From contig CBDCDA010000002.1 of the NCBI GenBank assembly GCA_965215335.1, forward strand, positions 1,056,001 to 1,120,000: 64,000 nucleotides of DNA, read 5' to 3'. Within the stretch, counting starts at the first letter, position 1. Each line of letters opens with the position of its first letter. The notes beneath the pieces were generated by a model that had not been told where the DNA came from, searched no databases, and saw nothing but the letters and a program-made list of their open reading frames with translations. This stretch comes from an uncultured Candidatus Entotheonella sp. Lineage in GTDB: Bacteria; Tectomicrobia; Entotheonellia; Entotheonellales; Entotheonellaceae. The translations under genes and the position numbers were made by a program. Positions 9,929 through 18,859 of this stretch are shown piece by piece.

Positions 9929-11530
9929 CTACGCCTCGGCGGCGGCTTTCTGTTGCTCCGTTTCGACCAGCACGCGGCGCAACACCTTGCCCGAGGCGGT
10001 CTTGGGAATGCTGGCGACGAACTCGACCTCGCGGACCTTCTTGTATCCGGCGATGCGGCTGGCTACGAAGTCCATCAGCACGTCCGCCGCGACCTCCTCG
10101 CCCGGATGCAGGATAACCAGAGCCTTGGGGATTTCCCCCGCCTCGGCGTCGGGCTTGCCGAACACGGCGCAATCCGCCACCGCGGGGTGCTGGAACAGCG
10201 CTGCCTCGACTTCCGCGGGAGCGACGGAGAAGCCCTTGTACTTGATCATTTCTTTCTTGCGGTCAACGATGTAGACGTATCCCTGATCGTCGATGCGCGC
10301 CACGTCGCCGGTCGCCAGCCAGCCATCGCGCAGCACGCGGCTTGTCTCTTCGGGAGACTTCCAGTAGCCTTTCATGACGTGGGGTCCCTTGATGAGCAGC
10401 TCACCGACGCTGCCGATGCTCAATTCCTGCTCGCCCGTCGTGAGGTCGACGATCTTCTGTTCCTGGTTCGGCACCGACAGGCCGACCGAATCGAGCTTCG
10501 CGCAGCCCTGACCGACGGGGTTCAGGTGCGTCACCGGAGAGGCTTCCGTAAGGCCGTACCCCTGCAGGACGCACACGCCGGTTTTTTCCTGCACCCGCTG
10601 GCCCACCTCGGGCGCCAGGGGCGCGGCCCCGACCATGATGTAGCGCATGTACGAGAGGTCGAACTGATCGACGTTCGGGTAGTTGCCCAAGGCGACCATA
10701 ATGGGCGGCACGGCGTAATACAGGGTGACTTTGTGCTGCTGCGCCAGGGCCAGCGAGAGCTCGAGATCGAATGCCTCCATGATGACCAGCGTGGCGCCGG
10801 CGTAGATGCCGCCGCCGACCAGCATCATGCCGTAGATGTGGTAGAAGGGCAGGAAGATGAGCAGGGTGTCGCGCTCCGAGATGCGCCCGCTGGAGATGAA
10901 CTGGATGTTGTTGGCCACCAGGTTCTGCTGGCTCAGCATCACGCCCTTGGGCAGGCCGGTGGTGCCGCTGGAGTAGGGCAGGGCTACCAGGTCCTCGCTC
11001 CAGTTCAGCGCCACTTGCGGCGGGTGCTTCGGAGATGAGTGTCGAATGAGGTCACGAAAGAGGTGTGTGTTCGACTCGGCGTTCCGCCCGACGATGATCA
11101 CTTCCTTGAGGCTCGGCACTTTTGAACGCACCGATTTGACCAGCGGGTAGAGGGATTCCTGTACGATCAGCACGCTGGCTCCGGCGTCGTCGAGCTGGTG
11201 CTGGATTTCGTCTTTCTTGTAGGCGGGATTCATCGGCGTAGCCACGGCGCCCAGGCGGGCGGCGGCGTAGAAGCTGATGACGTATTCCGGGCGGTTGGTC
11301 ATGTAAAGGGCAACGCGGTCGCCCTTTTTGACGCCGAGGCCGCTCAAGGCATTGGCAATGCTGTTGGTCAGCCCGTCGAGTTCTCGGTACGAGAACTTCT
11401 TTCCCTGAAAGATGATTGCCTCTTTTTCCGGAAAGCGCTGAGCCGTCTCCCACAGCATCTCGCCAAAGGGAATTTCCGGGATGTCGATGTCGGCTCGAAA
11501 GAAATCCCCAAGCGTGCTGTCTGGGGTCAT
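9929..11530 (-). CDS. Acyl-CoA synthetase (long-chain fatty acid/4-coumarate-CoA ligase-like)
   Basis: YSSGTTGLPKG, QGYGLTE, TGD, PKTASGK. Confidence 0.92.
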   Translation of the reverse strand: MTPDSTLGDFFRADIDIPEIPFGEMLWETAQRFPEKEAIIFQGKKFSYRELDGLTNSIANALSGLGVKKGDRVALYMTNRPEYVISFYAAARLGAVATPMNPAYKKDEIQHQLDDAGASVLIVQESLYPLVKSVRSKVPSLKEVIIVGRNAESNTHLFRDLIRHSSPKHPPQVALNWSEDLVALPYSSGTTGLPKGVMLSQQNLVANNIQFISSGRISERDTLLIFLPFYHIYGMMLVGGGIYAGATLVIMEAFDLELSLALAQQHKVTLYYAVPPIMVALGNYPNVDQFDLSYMRYIMVGAAPLAPEVGQRVQEKTGVCVLQGYGLTEASPVTHLNPVGQGCAKLDSVGLSVPNQEQKIVDLTTGEQELSIGSVGELLIKGPHVMKGYWKSPEETSRVLRDGWLATGDVARIDDQGYVYIVDRKKEMIKYKGFSVAPAEVEAALFQHPAVADCAVFGKPDAEAGEIPKALVILHPGEEVAADVLMDFVASRIAGYKKVREVEFVASIPKTASGKVLRRVLVETEQQKAAAEA

Positions 11531-11573
11531 GCGCCATCTCCTCGGTCGTTGTGTTGCGTGCGGGATGTCCTGA

Positions 11574-12629
11574 TCAGTAACCTGGAAGGTTTTGGTTGGT
11601 GGGCGCATCATACTCAGCCTGTCGCTGGGCTGTCAAGGACGAATGCGACCCTGTGAGGGCCATGATCCGGGCGGCGAGCTTGTGCGCGTCGTGGCGAATC
11701 AGGTGCATGCCGACATGCGTGCCGGCGGCCCGTGGGCGGGTGTAGGCGCGCAGGGTTTCGGGGTCCGGGTGCTCGACGAAGTCGGCGGTGATGAGGCCGG
11801 CATCGGCCGGCCTCAGGTCGTTGACGACGGGCCGGGCGCCCTGGGGCTCGTAGAGGCGCAGCAGGTCCGGCGGCAGCGGGGCATCGTTGACGAGCACCAC
11901 GTCCACCGGGCGGCCCAGGTAGGGTTGCAGGGTTGTGAGGTGACGCCGGGCGGTGTACCCGTCGGTCTGCCCCGGCTGGGTCAGCAGATTGAGCACGTGA
12001 ACAATGGGCGCCCGGCTGCGGCTCAAGGCCTGCTCGACGCCGGCGTGCAGAAGCACGGCAATGACGCCGGTGAGCAGGGAGCCGGCGCAGATGATCAGCA
12101 GGTCGGCGGCGGCGATGGCTTCCGTGACGGCGGGATGGGCGGGAGTCGGGGGCTGCAGGAACAGCCGTTTGACGGGCGACGTGGGGCGTCGCTGCATGAT
12201 TTGCCACTCGCCGATGAGTCGGCGCCCGTCGTCGAGTTCGGCACCGATTTGGGTATCATCGTCGGATACCGGCAGTACGCGTTGGGTGAAGCCAGCGGCC
12301 TCACGGATTTCGGCTGCCGCCGCGTTGAGGCTGCCGTGCTGGCTGGCCAGCGACGCCAGGATGAGGTTGCCGACGCTGACGCCGTCCAGGTCCCCGGCTG
12401 TGAAGCGGTGTTGCAACAGCCGGCCCCAAGGCGACTCGCTGTCGGCCAAGGTGCTCAGGCACTGGCGTGTATCGCCCACTTGCGGGATGTGCAACAGACG
12501 GCGGAGTTGGCCACTGTGGCCGCCGTTGTCGGTAACCCCGACGACAGCCGTGACCTCGCACGGGTGTTCACGCAGGCCCCGCAGCAGGGTCGCCTGTCCG
12601 GTGCCGCCGCCCAAGGTGACGATGTGCAT
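11574..12629 (-). CDS. YvcK/CofD-like family protein
   Basis: GGGTG, DNGGHSG, TQPGQTDG, LIRHD motifs. Confidence 0.85.
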   Translation of the reverse strand: MHIVTLGGGTGQATLLRGLREHPCEVTAVVGVTDNGGHSGQLRRLLHIPQVGDTRQCLSTLADSESPWGRLLQHRFTAGDLDGVSVGNLILASLASQHGSLNAAAAEIREAAGFTQRVLPVSDDDTQIGAELDDGRRLIGEWQIMQRRPTSPVKRLFLQPPTPAHPAVTEAIAAADLLIICAGSLLTGVIAVLLHAGVEQALSRSRAPIVHVLNLLTQPGQTDGYTARRHLTTLQPYLGRPVDVVLVNDAPLPPDLLRLYEPQGARPVVNDLRPADAGLITADFVEHPDPETLRAYTRPRAAGTHVGMHLIRHDAHKLAARIMALTGSHSSLTAQRQAEYDAPTNQNLPGY

Positions 12630-12636
12630 GTCGGGG

Positions 12637-13506
12637 CTACTCCGTCAGGCACGCCGTTCGCCGCTGCCGCCACACCGCAGGACCACCGAGATTCCAGGCA
12701 TCCGTTCCGTACTTGGTGTGCCGCAATGCCGCGGTCAGACGGCGCTCGGCAGGTGACAGGTCGCCGGCTCTCAGCTCGACGCCGCCAGTCAGGCACTCGA
12801 CAAAGCCCTGGCGCAACGCCCGGTGCAGCGCTGCGGCATCGAGCGGCGCGGCCGCAACTTCATTTACCGCCACCATGCCTGCGTACGCCTCGCGGAGCAG
12901 TTGCGCGCGCCGGTCGGCTGGCACACGCAAACACGCGAACAGGCGCTGCCGGTCCATGGCCAGGGGAATCGAGCCGTGCTGCAGCAGGGAATGGCGCCCG
13001 CGCTTCTGGGCGCTGCCGACGAGTTTTCTGCCGGCGGCGCTCAACTCGTAGCGCGACATGGCCGCGAAGCAGGCCGGGGACGTCGACCGGGACGCCGCGG
13101 TGAGGACGCTGGGACGCTCAAGGCGCACCGCCAGCCCCGCGAAGCGCAGGGCCGCTGCCAGCGCGAGGCCGATGCGATGGTAGTGTTCCGTGATACTGGC
13201 TTCCCGATCCGCCAGCCACAGCGGCATCACGACGCTGTACGTCGCTTCCTGATCGTGCAGCACCGCGCGCCCACCCGTCGGACGCCGCACCAGTGTCACC
13301 CCGTGTTGCCGGCAGGCGGCCCCGTCGACCTCTTTCGCCACGCTTTGGGCGTATCCCAGCGACAGCGTCGGCGAGGACCAGGTGTACACCCGCAGCGTCG
13401 GCGGGCTCTGACCGGCCTCGTGCGACAGCAGCAGGGCCTCGTCCACCGCCATGTTGAAGGCCGCGTCGTGGCAGCCGGTATCGAGGAAACGCCATGCCGT
13501 GGCCAA
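12637..13506 (-). CDS. Lipoate-protein ligase / octanoyltransferase (LipM-like)
   Basis: NMAVDEALL, RRPTGGRAVLH, KLVGSAQ, LQHGS; TTG start inferred from RBS. Confidence 0.85.
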   Translation of the reverse strand: MATAWRFLDTGCHDAAFNMAVDEALLLSHEAGQSPPTLRVYTWSSPTLSLGYAQSVAKEVDGAACRQHGVTLVRRPTGGRAVLHDQEATYSVVMPLWLADREASITEHYHRIGLALAAALRFAGLAVRLERPSVLTAASRSTSPACFAAMSRYELSAAGRKLVGSAQKRGRHSLLQHGSIPLAMDRQRLFACLRVPADRRAQLLREAYAGMVAVNEVAAAPLDAAALHRALRQGFVECLTGGVELRAGDLSPAERRLTAALRHTKYGTDAWNLGGPAVWRQRRTACLTE

Positions 13507-13517
13507 GGGTCCCTTTC

Positions 13518-13895
13518 TCAGGTAATGGTTGCCTGGTAATCGTTGGCGCTCATCAGCGCCTGCCAGTCGCCGGGATTGGAAGCCTCGATGACGACCAGCC
13601 AGCCGTCCCCATACGGTTCGCGGTTGACCAGTTCCGGCGCGTCGTCCAGCCGGGCGTTCACCTCGACGACCGTGCCGCTCACGGGCGCGAACAGATCCGA
13701 GACGGCCTTGACCGATTCCACGACCCCGAACGATTCCCCCGCCGAGACGCTGCGGCCGACCGAAGGCAGTTCCAGAAAAAGCACCTCGCCGAGTTCCGCC
13801 TGCGCGAAATCCGTAATGCCCATCGTTACCCGGTCGCCCTCGCGCCGCACCCACGTGTGTTCGCTGCTGTAGCGCAAGTCCCGCGGAAATTCCAT
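13518..13895 (-). CDS. gcvH: Glycine cleavage system H protein
   Basis: GITDFAQ, ESVKAVSD (lipoyl lysine), VNREPYGDGW. Confidence 0.95.
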   Translation of the reverse strand: MEFPRDLRYSSEHTWVRREGDRVTMGITDFAQAELGEVLFLELPSVGRSVSAGESFGVVESVKAVSDLFAPVSGTVVEVNARLDDAPELVNREPYGDGWLVVIEASNPGDWQALMSANDYQATIT

Positions 13896-14042
13896 CTCTG
13901 CCTCCCTCCTATCTTGTGACGCTATTGTACAAGAATCGTGACGCGGGTGGGTAACCCCGCGGCGCGGGACCTTTACGGGCAGGTGCGTATGCTGATACAG
14001 TCCTGCCACCTACAAACGGGTTTCACCCCTGACAGGTCAAGC

Positions 14043-15614
14043 ATGGATCATCGCCCCGCGCCCGAATCGCCCGCCGCCGTCCCGCCCCGCTTCGCCGCTG
14101 CCCTATTGCTGGCCTCGCTCGCCGGCGTGCTGACCGTCTCGCCCATGTTGCACGAACCCCTGTGGCCGCTGGCCTGGGTCGGCTTGTTGCCGCTGTTCGT
14201 TGCCCTGCGTGGCGTTTCTGCCGCCAGGGCGTTCGTGCTCGGCTGGTGGACGGAAACCCTGATGTACGGGTTGGGGGCCTATTGGCTCGTCAACACCATG
14301 GTCGATTTCGGCTCCATCCCGTTGCCGCTCAGCCTGCTGTTCTTCGTCATTGTCGCCACCGCCAACGGCGTACGCATGGGACTCTTTGCCTGGTGGGTGC
14401 GACGCATGCAGAGCCACGAGAGTCCATGGTGGTGCCGCCTGCTGCTGCCCGCCTGCGCGTTCGTCGCCCTGGATTTCGTCTTCCCGCGCGTCTTTCCCTG
14501 GTACCTCGGCTTTCTGCAATACCCGGCCTTGCCGCTCATCCAGGTTGCTGACCTGACCGGCATTCACGGCGTCAGTTTCATTCTCGTGCTGTGCAGCGCT
14601 GGTGCTGCCGCATGCGTGGCGGCCCGCCAGTCGCCTGCGGGCGCCGGGCGTTACCGGATGGCCGCGGTGGTGGGAGGCGTGGTCTTGCTGCAGGTCGGCT
14701 ACGGACTGTGGCGCATGCCGCAGGTGGCCGCGGCGATGCAACAGGCCGAGAGCCTGCGGGTGGCGCTCGTGCAGTCGAACCTTGGTATCGAGGAAAACGG
14801 GAACGGCGCCAAGCGCCGGGAACACCTGCGATTGCTGTCGGAGATGAGTGCGGCGACTCTGGCGCAAGAGCCGGATTTGGTCATCTGGCCCGAGAGCGCC
14901 TACCCCTATGCGCTGGCGACCCAGGAACCGTTCCTGTACCTGCCGGAGGGGACAACGAACGAGGTCCCCTGGTTGGTCGGCGGGATGGCCTACGAGGGTC
15001 CGGACGACGCGCGGCGGTTGTTCAATTCCACCTGGTTGGTGGCACCCGGGCAGCAGGTGATCGGGCGCTATGACAAGCACGTCCTGCTCGCCTTTGGCGA
15101 ATACGTCCCCATGCGGCGTTACCTGCCGTTCCTGGGGAGCATTTCGCCGGCAATCGGCAATTTCACCCCCGGCCAGGGGACGCGCCTCTTGAACCTGCCG
15201 GGCGGCGCGTCCATCGGCCCCTTGATCTGTTACGAAGACATCATGCCGCAACCGGCCCGCCTGGCGGCTCGCCGAGGCGCGCGGGTGCTGGTGAACCTGA
15301 CGAACGACATGTGGTTCGGGCCGACCCGCGCGCCGTACCAGCATCGCAATGCGGCGGCCTTCCGGGCGGTGGAAAATCGGCGTTCTCTGGTGCGGGTAAC
15401 CAACACCGGTGTGACGTCCATCATCGATGCCGTGGGGCGCGAACAGGCGGCGTTGCCCATCTATCAGCGTGACACGCTGATAGATGACGTGGCGGCTCTG
15501 GAGATGTCCACCGTCTACCAGCGTTTCGGAGACTGGTTTGCCTGGCTTTGTTGCGTGGCGTCTGTCGTGTTGCCGAGACGGCATTTCGTCCGGCGAGGCG
15601 CCGGACGCCACTGA
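14043..15614 (+). CDS. lnt: Apolipoprotein N-acyltransferase
   Basis: Multiple TMs, WPESA, YDK..LLAFGEY, ICYED, TNDMWF; start uncertain. Confidence 0.92.
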   Translation: MDHRPAPESPAAVPPRFAAALLLASLAGVLTVSPMLHEPLWPLAWVGLLPLFVALRGVSAARAFVLGWWTETLMYGLGAYWLVNTMVDFGSIPLPLSLLFFVIVATANGVRMGLFAWWVRRMQSHESPWWCRLLLPACAFVALDFVFPRVFPWYLGFLQYPALPLIQVADLTGIHGVSFILVLCSAGAAACVAARQSPAGAGRYRMAAVVGGVVLLQVGYGLWRMPQVAAAMQQAESLRVALVQSNLGIEENGNGAKRREHLRLLSEMSAATLAQEPDLVIWPESAYPYALATQEPFLYLPEGTTNEVPWLVGGMAYEGPDDARRLFNSTWLVAPGQQVIGRYDKHVLLAFGEYVPMRRYLPFLGSISPAIGNFTPGQGTRLLNLPGGASIGPLICYEDIMPQPARLAARRGARVLVNLTNDMWFGPTRAPYQHRNAAAFRAVENRRSLVRVTNTGVTSIIDAVGREQAALPIYQRDTLIDDVAALEMSTVYQRFGDWFAWLCCVASVVLPRRHFVRRGAGRH

Positions 15615-15670
15615 CGCCACTAAGGAGAGAAGAGCAGGCCGGACACCTGCCCTTTCCACGGGGGGGGGGG

Positions 15671-15958
15671 TCATTCGGGGCGTATTTCGTCCACCTTGGC
15701 CCGGGCGGCGTCTTTGTCCTTGAACCAATCGGCGTTTATGGGCGTGAAATCCTTCCACTCGTCCGGCACGTCCTCTTCCGTGAAAATGGCCTCCACCGGG
15801 CATTCGGGTTCGCAGGCACCGCAGTCGATGCACTCGTCCGGATCAATGTACAGCATGCGGTCTTTGCCTTCCTCGAAATGAATGCAGTCCACGGGGCAGA
15901 CATCCACGCAGGCTTGATCCATGACGTCGATGCACGGGTCGGCGATTATATAAGTCAT
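15671..15958 (-). CDS. Ferredoxin (7Fe/dicluster type)
   Basis: [10 protein letters not shown] and [12 protein letters not shown]. Confidence 0.92.
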   Translation of the reverse strand: MTYIIADPCIDVMDQACVDVCPVDCIHFEEGKDRMLYIDPDECIDCGACEPECPVEAIFTEEDVPDEWKDFTPINADWFKDKDAARAKVDEIRPE

Positions 15959-16106
15959 TTCCTCACATCCTCCATTTTCGACTCTGAAACGTTGACACGC
16001 ACGGGTGCCCTCGCTGTGCGTCAACCACGGCTGCTCGAGGCCGTCTACAAAGATACCTTAACCACACAAATTCTGGCAAGGCTGATGCGAAGCCAGAGCA
16101 GGGCGC

Positions 16107-16793
16107 TTATCCGGCTGTGTCAACCGGTTGCGGTGACGAAGTGGGATGTGGCAGCGTCAACCGGCCGTTGGCGACGGCATGCGCCTGAGAATGATTGGCG
16201 TAGGTTTTCCAGTCCGGCACGTATTGTTTCGACTGATTGCCCCACGTGTGCCAGCCTTCCCTTGGGCCTCGGGCAAACAGCTCAAGGTAGGGCCCCGGAC
16301 TGCACGACTCAATGATGTCGTACTGCGCGTCGGGTTTCCGGCTATGCTCCCTCTTTTGGGACAGGACGATGTTTTCCTGGCTCCGCCCCCTCTGCAGGGT
16401 CCTTGCATGTTTGCCTCGCACGCCGAACAGAATGATTTCCGTGACGTTCCTGAAATAGAATCCAACCCCTCGCCTGTCGGGTCCACCGTCTTTGCGCACC
16501 TTGTACCAGATCAAATTCGTCTTGTACGCGAATCCCCATTGTTCCATCACCTGCAAGCCCTGCGGCAGCAGGGCATTCGGCACCCAGAGGTAGAGATGGG
16601 CGACGTCGTGCACCATCGACGTCACGGGCAAATTCCCGATTTCCTCGAATGACAGCGTGGGATAGCGCGACAGCCGCTTGTGTTCCGGGGCCATCTTGCC
16701 GGTCTTGTTGTGAAATCGCCACGGCGGGTCCGCGAGCACGGTGGAGAACCTTTTGCCACCTGTTTCCTGCAAGAGGCTTTCAGCTGCGCTCAT
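16107..16793 (-). CDS. MT-A70 family adenine methyltransferase
   Basis: LADPPW, LYLWV, HSRKP, YLELFAR motifs. Confidence 0.9.
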   Translation of the reverse strand: MSAAESLLQETGGKRFSTVLADPPWRFHNKTGKMAPEHKRLSRYPTLSFEEIGNLPVTSMVHDVAHLYLWVPNALLPQGLQVMEQWGFAYKTNLIWYKVRKDGGPDRRGVGFYFRNVTEIILFGVRGKHARTLQRGRSQENIVLSQKREHSRKPDAQYDIIESCSPGPYLELFARGPREGWHTWGNQSKQYVPDWKTYANHSQAHAVANGRLTLPHPTSSPQPVDTAG

Positions 16794-17383
16794 CGGTCGT
16801 CCTCCACGTACAGGGATTTCGAAATCCCAAATACCAGCAAGGGGCACCCGGCCCCGCCGCCGCCTTCGATACGCGGCAGCAGCTTGCTCATGTGAGTCGT
16901 CGAGGCGCCATAGGAAGCACCACGGCCGAGATCGTTGAAGATGTCCTGAAGGTCGTCGCACCGCGTCATGATCACGCCCACGCTGATGGCTCTCAGGTCG
17001 AACAACAATCGGAAGTTGTTCAAGTCCCTGTCATAGAACGGGTCCTTGTTGTTCCACTCGATTTCAAGCGCCACTCGATTCCTGAAGCAGTCGATTTTGT
17101 GGGTTGGGGTATCCGTTCGCTTGCCGTCGACGACCATTTCGGTTCGGAATTCCTTCTCGGTCCATCCCCGTCGATACAGATAGCTGTCGATGAACTGTGA
17201 AATTTTGGACTTTCTGCCGCCCGGATTGATGATCCAGCTCCTCAGCAGGCGAAACTCCGTCAGAACCGATACGATGTCGTTCCACTCGTTGACAAAATCC
17301 TGTTTCAGGATGGCGCAGGCATGCTTCCACTCATGGATTTCGTAGTGCGTGCGAATGAATTCGGGAAGCAGGTCTGTGCTCAT
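16790..17383 (-). CDS. BglII/BstYI-family type II restriction endonuclease
   Basis: THKID...VALEIEWNNKDPFYDRDL PD-(D/E)xK-type core; 4-bp overlap with the methyltransferase. Confidence 0.8.
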   Translation of the reverse strand: MSTDLLPEFIRTHYEIHEWKHACAILKQDFVNEWNDIVSVLTEFRLLRSWIINPGGRKSKISQFIDSYLYRRGWTEKEFRTEMVVDGKRTDTPTHKIDCFRNRVALEIEWNNKDPFYDRDLNNFRLLFDLRAISVGVIMTRCDDLQDIFNDLGRGASYGASTTHMSKLLPRIEGGGGAGCPLLVFGISKSLYVEDDR

Positions 17384-17595
17384 GCGATCTCCATATTCAG
17401 GATTAAATTGGCGGCACCCTATGGCAGGCGATGGATGAAGTCAAGCCGAAGACACCACGATCTGATCCCGCCGATTCGGTGTGGCGACAGGCTGACAACG
17501 TGGGTGCGTTGAGAGGTGCCGGAAAGTAGATTACACTTCCGCCGCGGTCCACACGAAGACCAGGGATGTCCGTTGCTTTACCTGTGGTTGGTACG

Positions 17596-18018
17596 ATGAT
17601 GAAGACCAGACTGTACAAGCCGTTTCTGGTATGGCTGTGCTTGCTCATGGCGATGGTCATGGGCGCGTGTTCTCAGGGCGAGAGCAATGCACCGGAGATA
17701 TTGCCGCAGGATCTCATGGCGCACATGACGGCGGAGGCGCCGCCGGTGGTCCTGGACGTGCGGACAGCGCAGGAATATGAGGCGGGGCACGTACCCGGCG
17801 CCATCAACGTGCCGCACAAGGCGTTGGCCGGCCGGCTGGCGGCAGGGCTCGGCTTCCGCGACCGGGAAGTGGTGGTGTACTGCGAACGCGGCAGGCGTGC
17901 GGACATGGCAGGAGCCGTATTGCGTGAGGCGGGTTTTGGCTCGGTGCGGCGCCTGCAGGGGCACATGGTCGAATGGCGCCGCCAGCAACTGCCCGAAAAC
18001 AGGGGCGTAGACCCATAA
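17596..18018 (+). CDS. Rhodanese-like protein with lipoprotein-type signal
   Basis: LDVRT..EY..GHVPGA, YCERG active-site loop. Confidence 0.85.
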   Translation: MMKTRLYKPFLVWLCLLMAMVMGACSQGESNAPEILPQDLMAHMTAEAPPVVLDVRTAQEYEAGHVPGAINVPHKALAGRLAAGLGFRDREVVVYCERGRRADMAGAVLREAGFGSVRRLQGHMVEWRRQQLPENRGVDP

Positions 18019-18036
18019 ACCCGCAGGGGGCGTGGT

Positions 18037-18852
18037 GTGACGGACACGAACAAGCTGGCGCAAAACGTCATCGCCGTGGCCAGCGGCAAGGGTGGTGTAG
18101 GCAAGTCGACGGTCGCCGTCAACCTGGCGGCGAGTCTCGCTGCCGAGGGGGCCGAGGTCGGGCTGCTGGATGCCGATATTCATGGCCCCAACATCCCGAT
18201 CATGATGGGCATCCGCGACCGGCCCCGCCTGGGTCAGGACCGCCACATGGTGCCGTTGGAAAGGCATGGGGTCAAGCTGATGTCGGTAGGCTTCCTGGGC
18301 GGGAGTTCCAAGCCGGTGATCTGGCGTGGCCCGCTGGTCGGTCGCATGGTCAAGCAATTCCTGTACAACGTCGCCTGGGGAAAGCTGGACTACCTGCTCA
18401 TCGACCTGCCCCCCGGCACCGGCGATGCGCAACTGACGCTGACCCAGTCGGTTGCCCTTACCGGCGGCATTATCGTTTCGACGCCGCAGGACGTGGCGTT
18501 GCAGGACGCCTTGCGGGGCATGGACATGTTTCTGAAGGTCGAGGTGCCGATCCTCGGGCTCATCGAGAACATGAGCTACTTTTTGTGCCCGCATTGCCAC
18601 GAGCGCAGCGACATTTTCTCCCACGGCGGCACGCGCGCCGCCGCCGAAGCCCGCCAGGTGCCCTTCCTTGGTGCCCTGCCGCTGGATACCAAAATCCGCC
18701 AAGGCGGCGACCTCGGCGTTCCGATTGTGGTGTCAGAAGCGGATTCCAGCCACGCGGACTGCTTCCGCAGCATGTGCCTGGAACTGCGGGCCGGCATCGA
18801 ACAAACCCGCGCCAGTCAACTCGCGCGCACCCCTCAAATCGACCAGGACTGA
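18037..18852 (+). CDS. apbC: Mrp/ApbC (NBP35) Fe-S cluster carrier ATPase
   Basis: SGKGGVGKST, DADIHGP, DLPPGTGD, ENMSYFLCPHC. Confidence 0.9.
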   Translation: MTDTNKLAQNVIAVASGKGGVGKSTVAVNLAASLAAEGAEVGLLDADIHGPNIPIMMGIRDRPRLGQDRHMVPLERHGVKLMSVGFLGGSSKPVIWRGPLVGRMVKQFLYNVAWGKLDYLLIDLPPGTGDAQLTLTQSVALTGGIIVSTPQDVALQDALRGMDMFLKVEVPILGLIENMSYFLCPHCHERSDIFSHGGTRAAAEARQVPFLGALPLDTKIRQGGDLGVPIVVSEADSSHADCFRSMCLELRAGIEQTRASQLARTPQIDQD

Positions 18853-18859
18853 CGGGCCG

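Noticed and set aside
16074..16088. sigma54-like TGGCAA-N5-ATGC on the plus strand
   Set aside because: Imperfect, and points into the 3' end of a convergent gene with no downstream ORF
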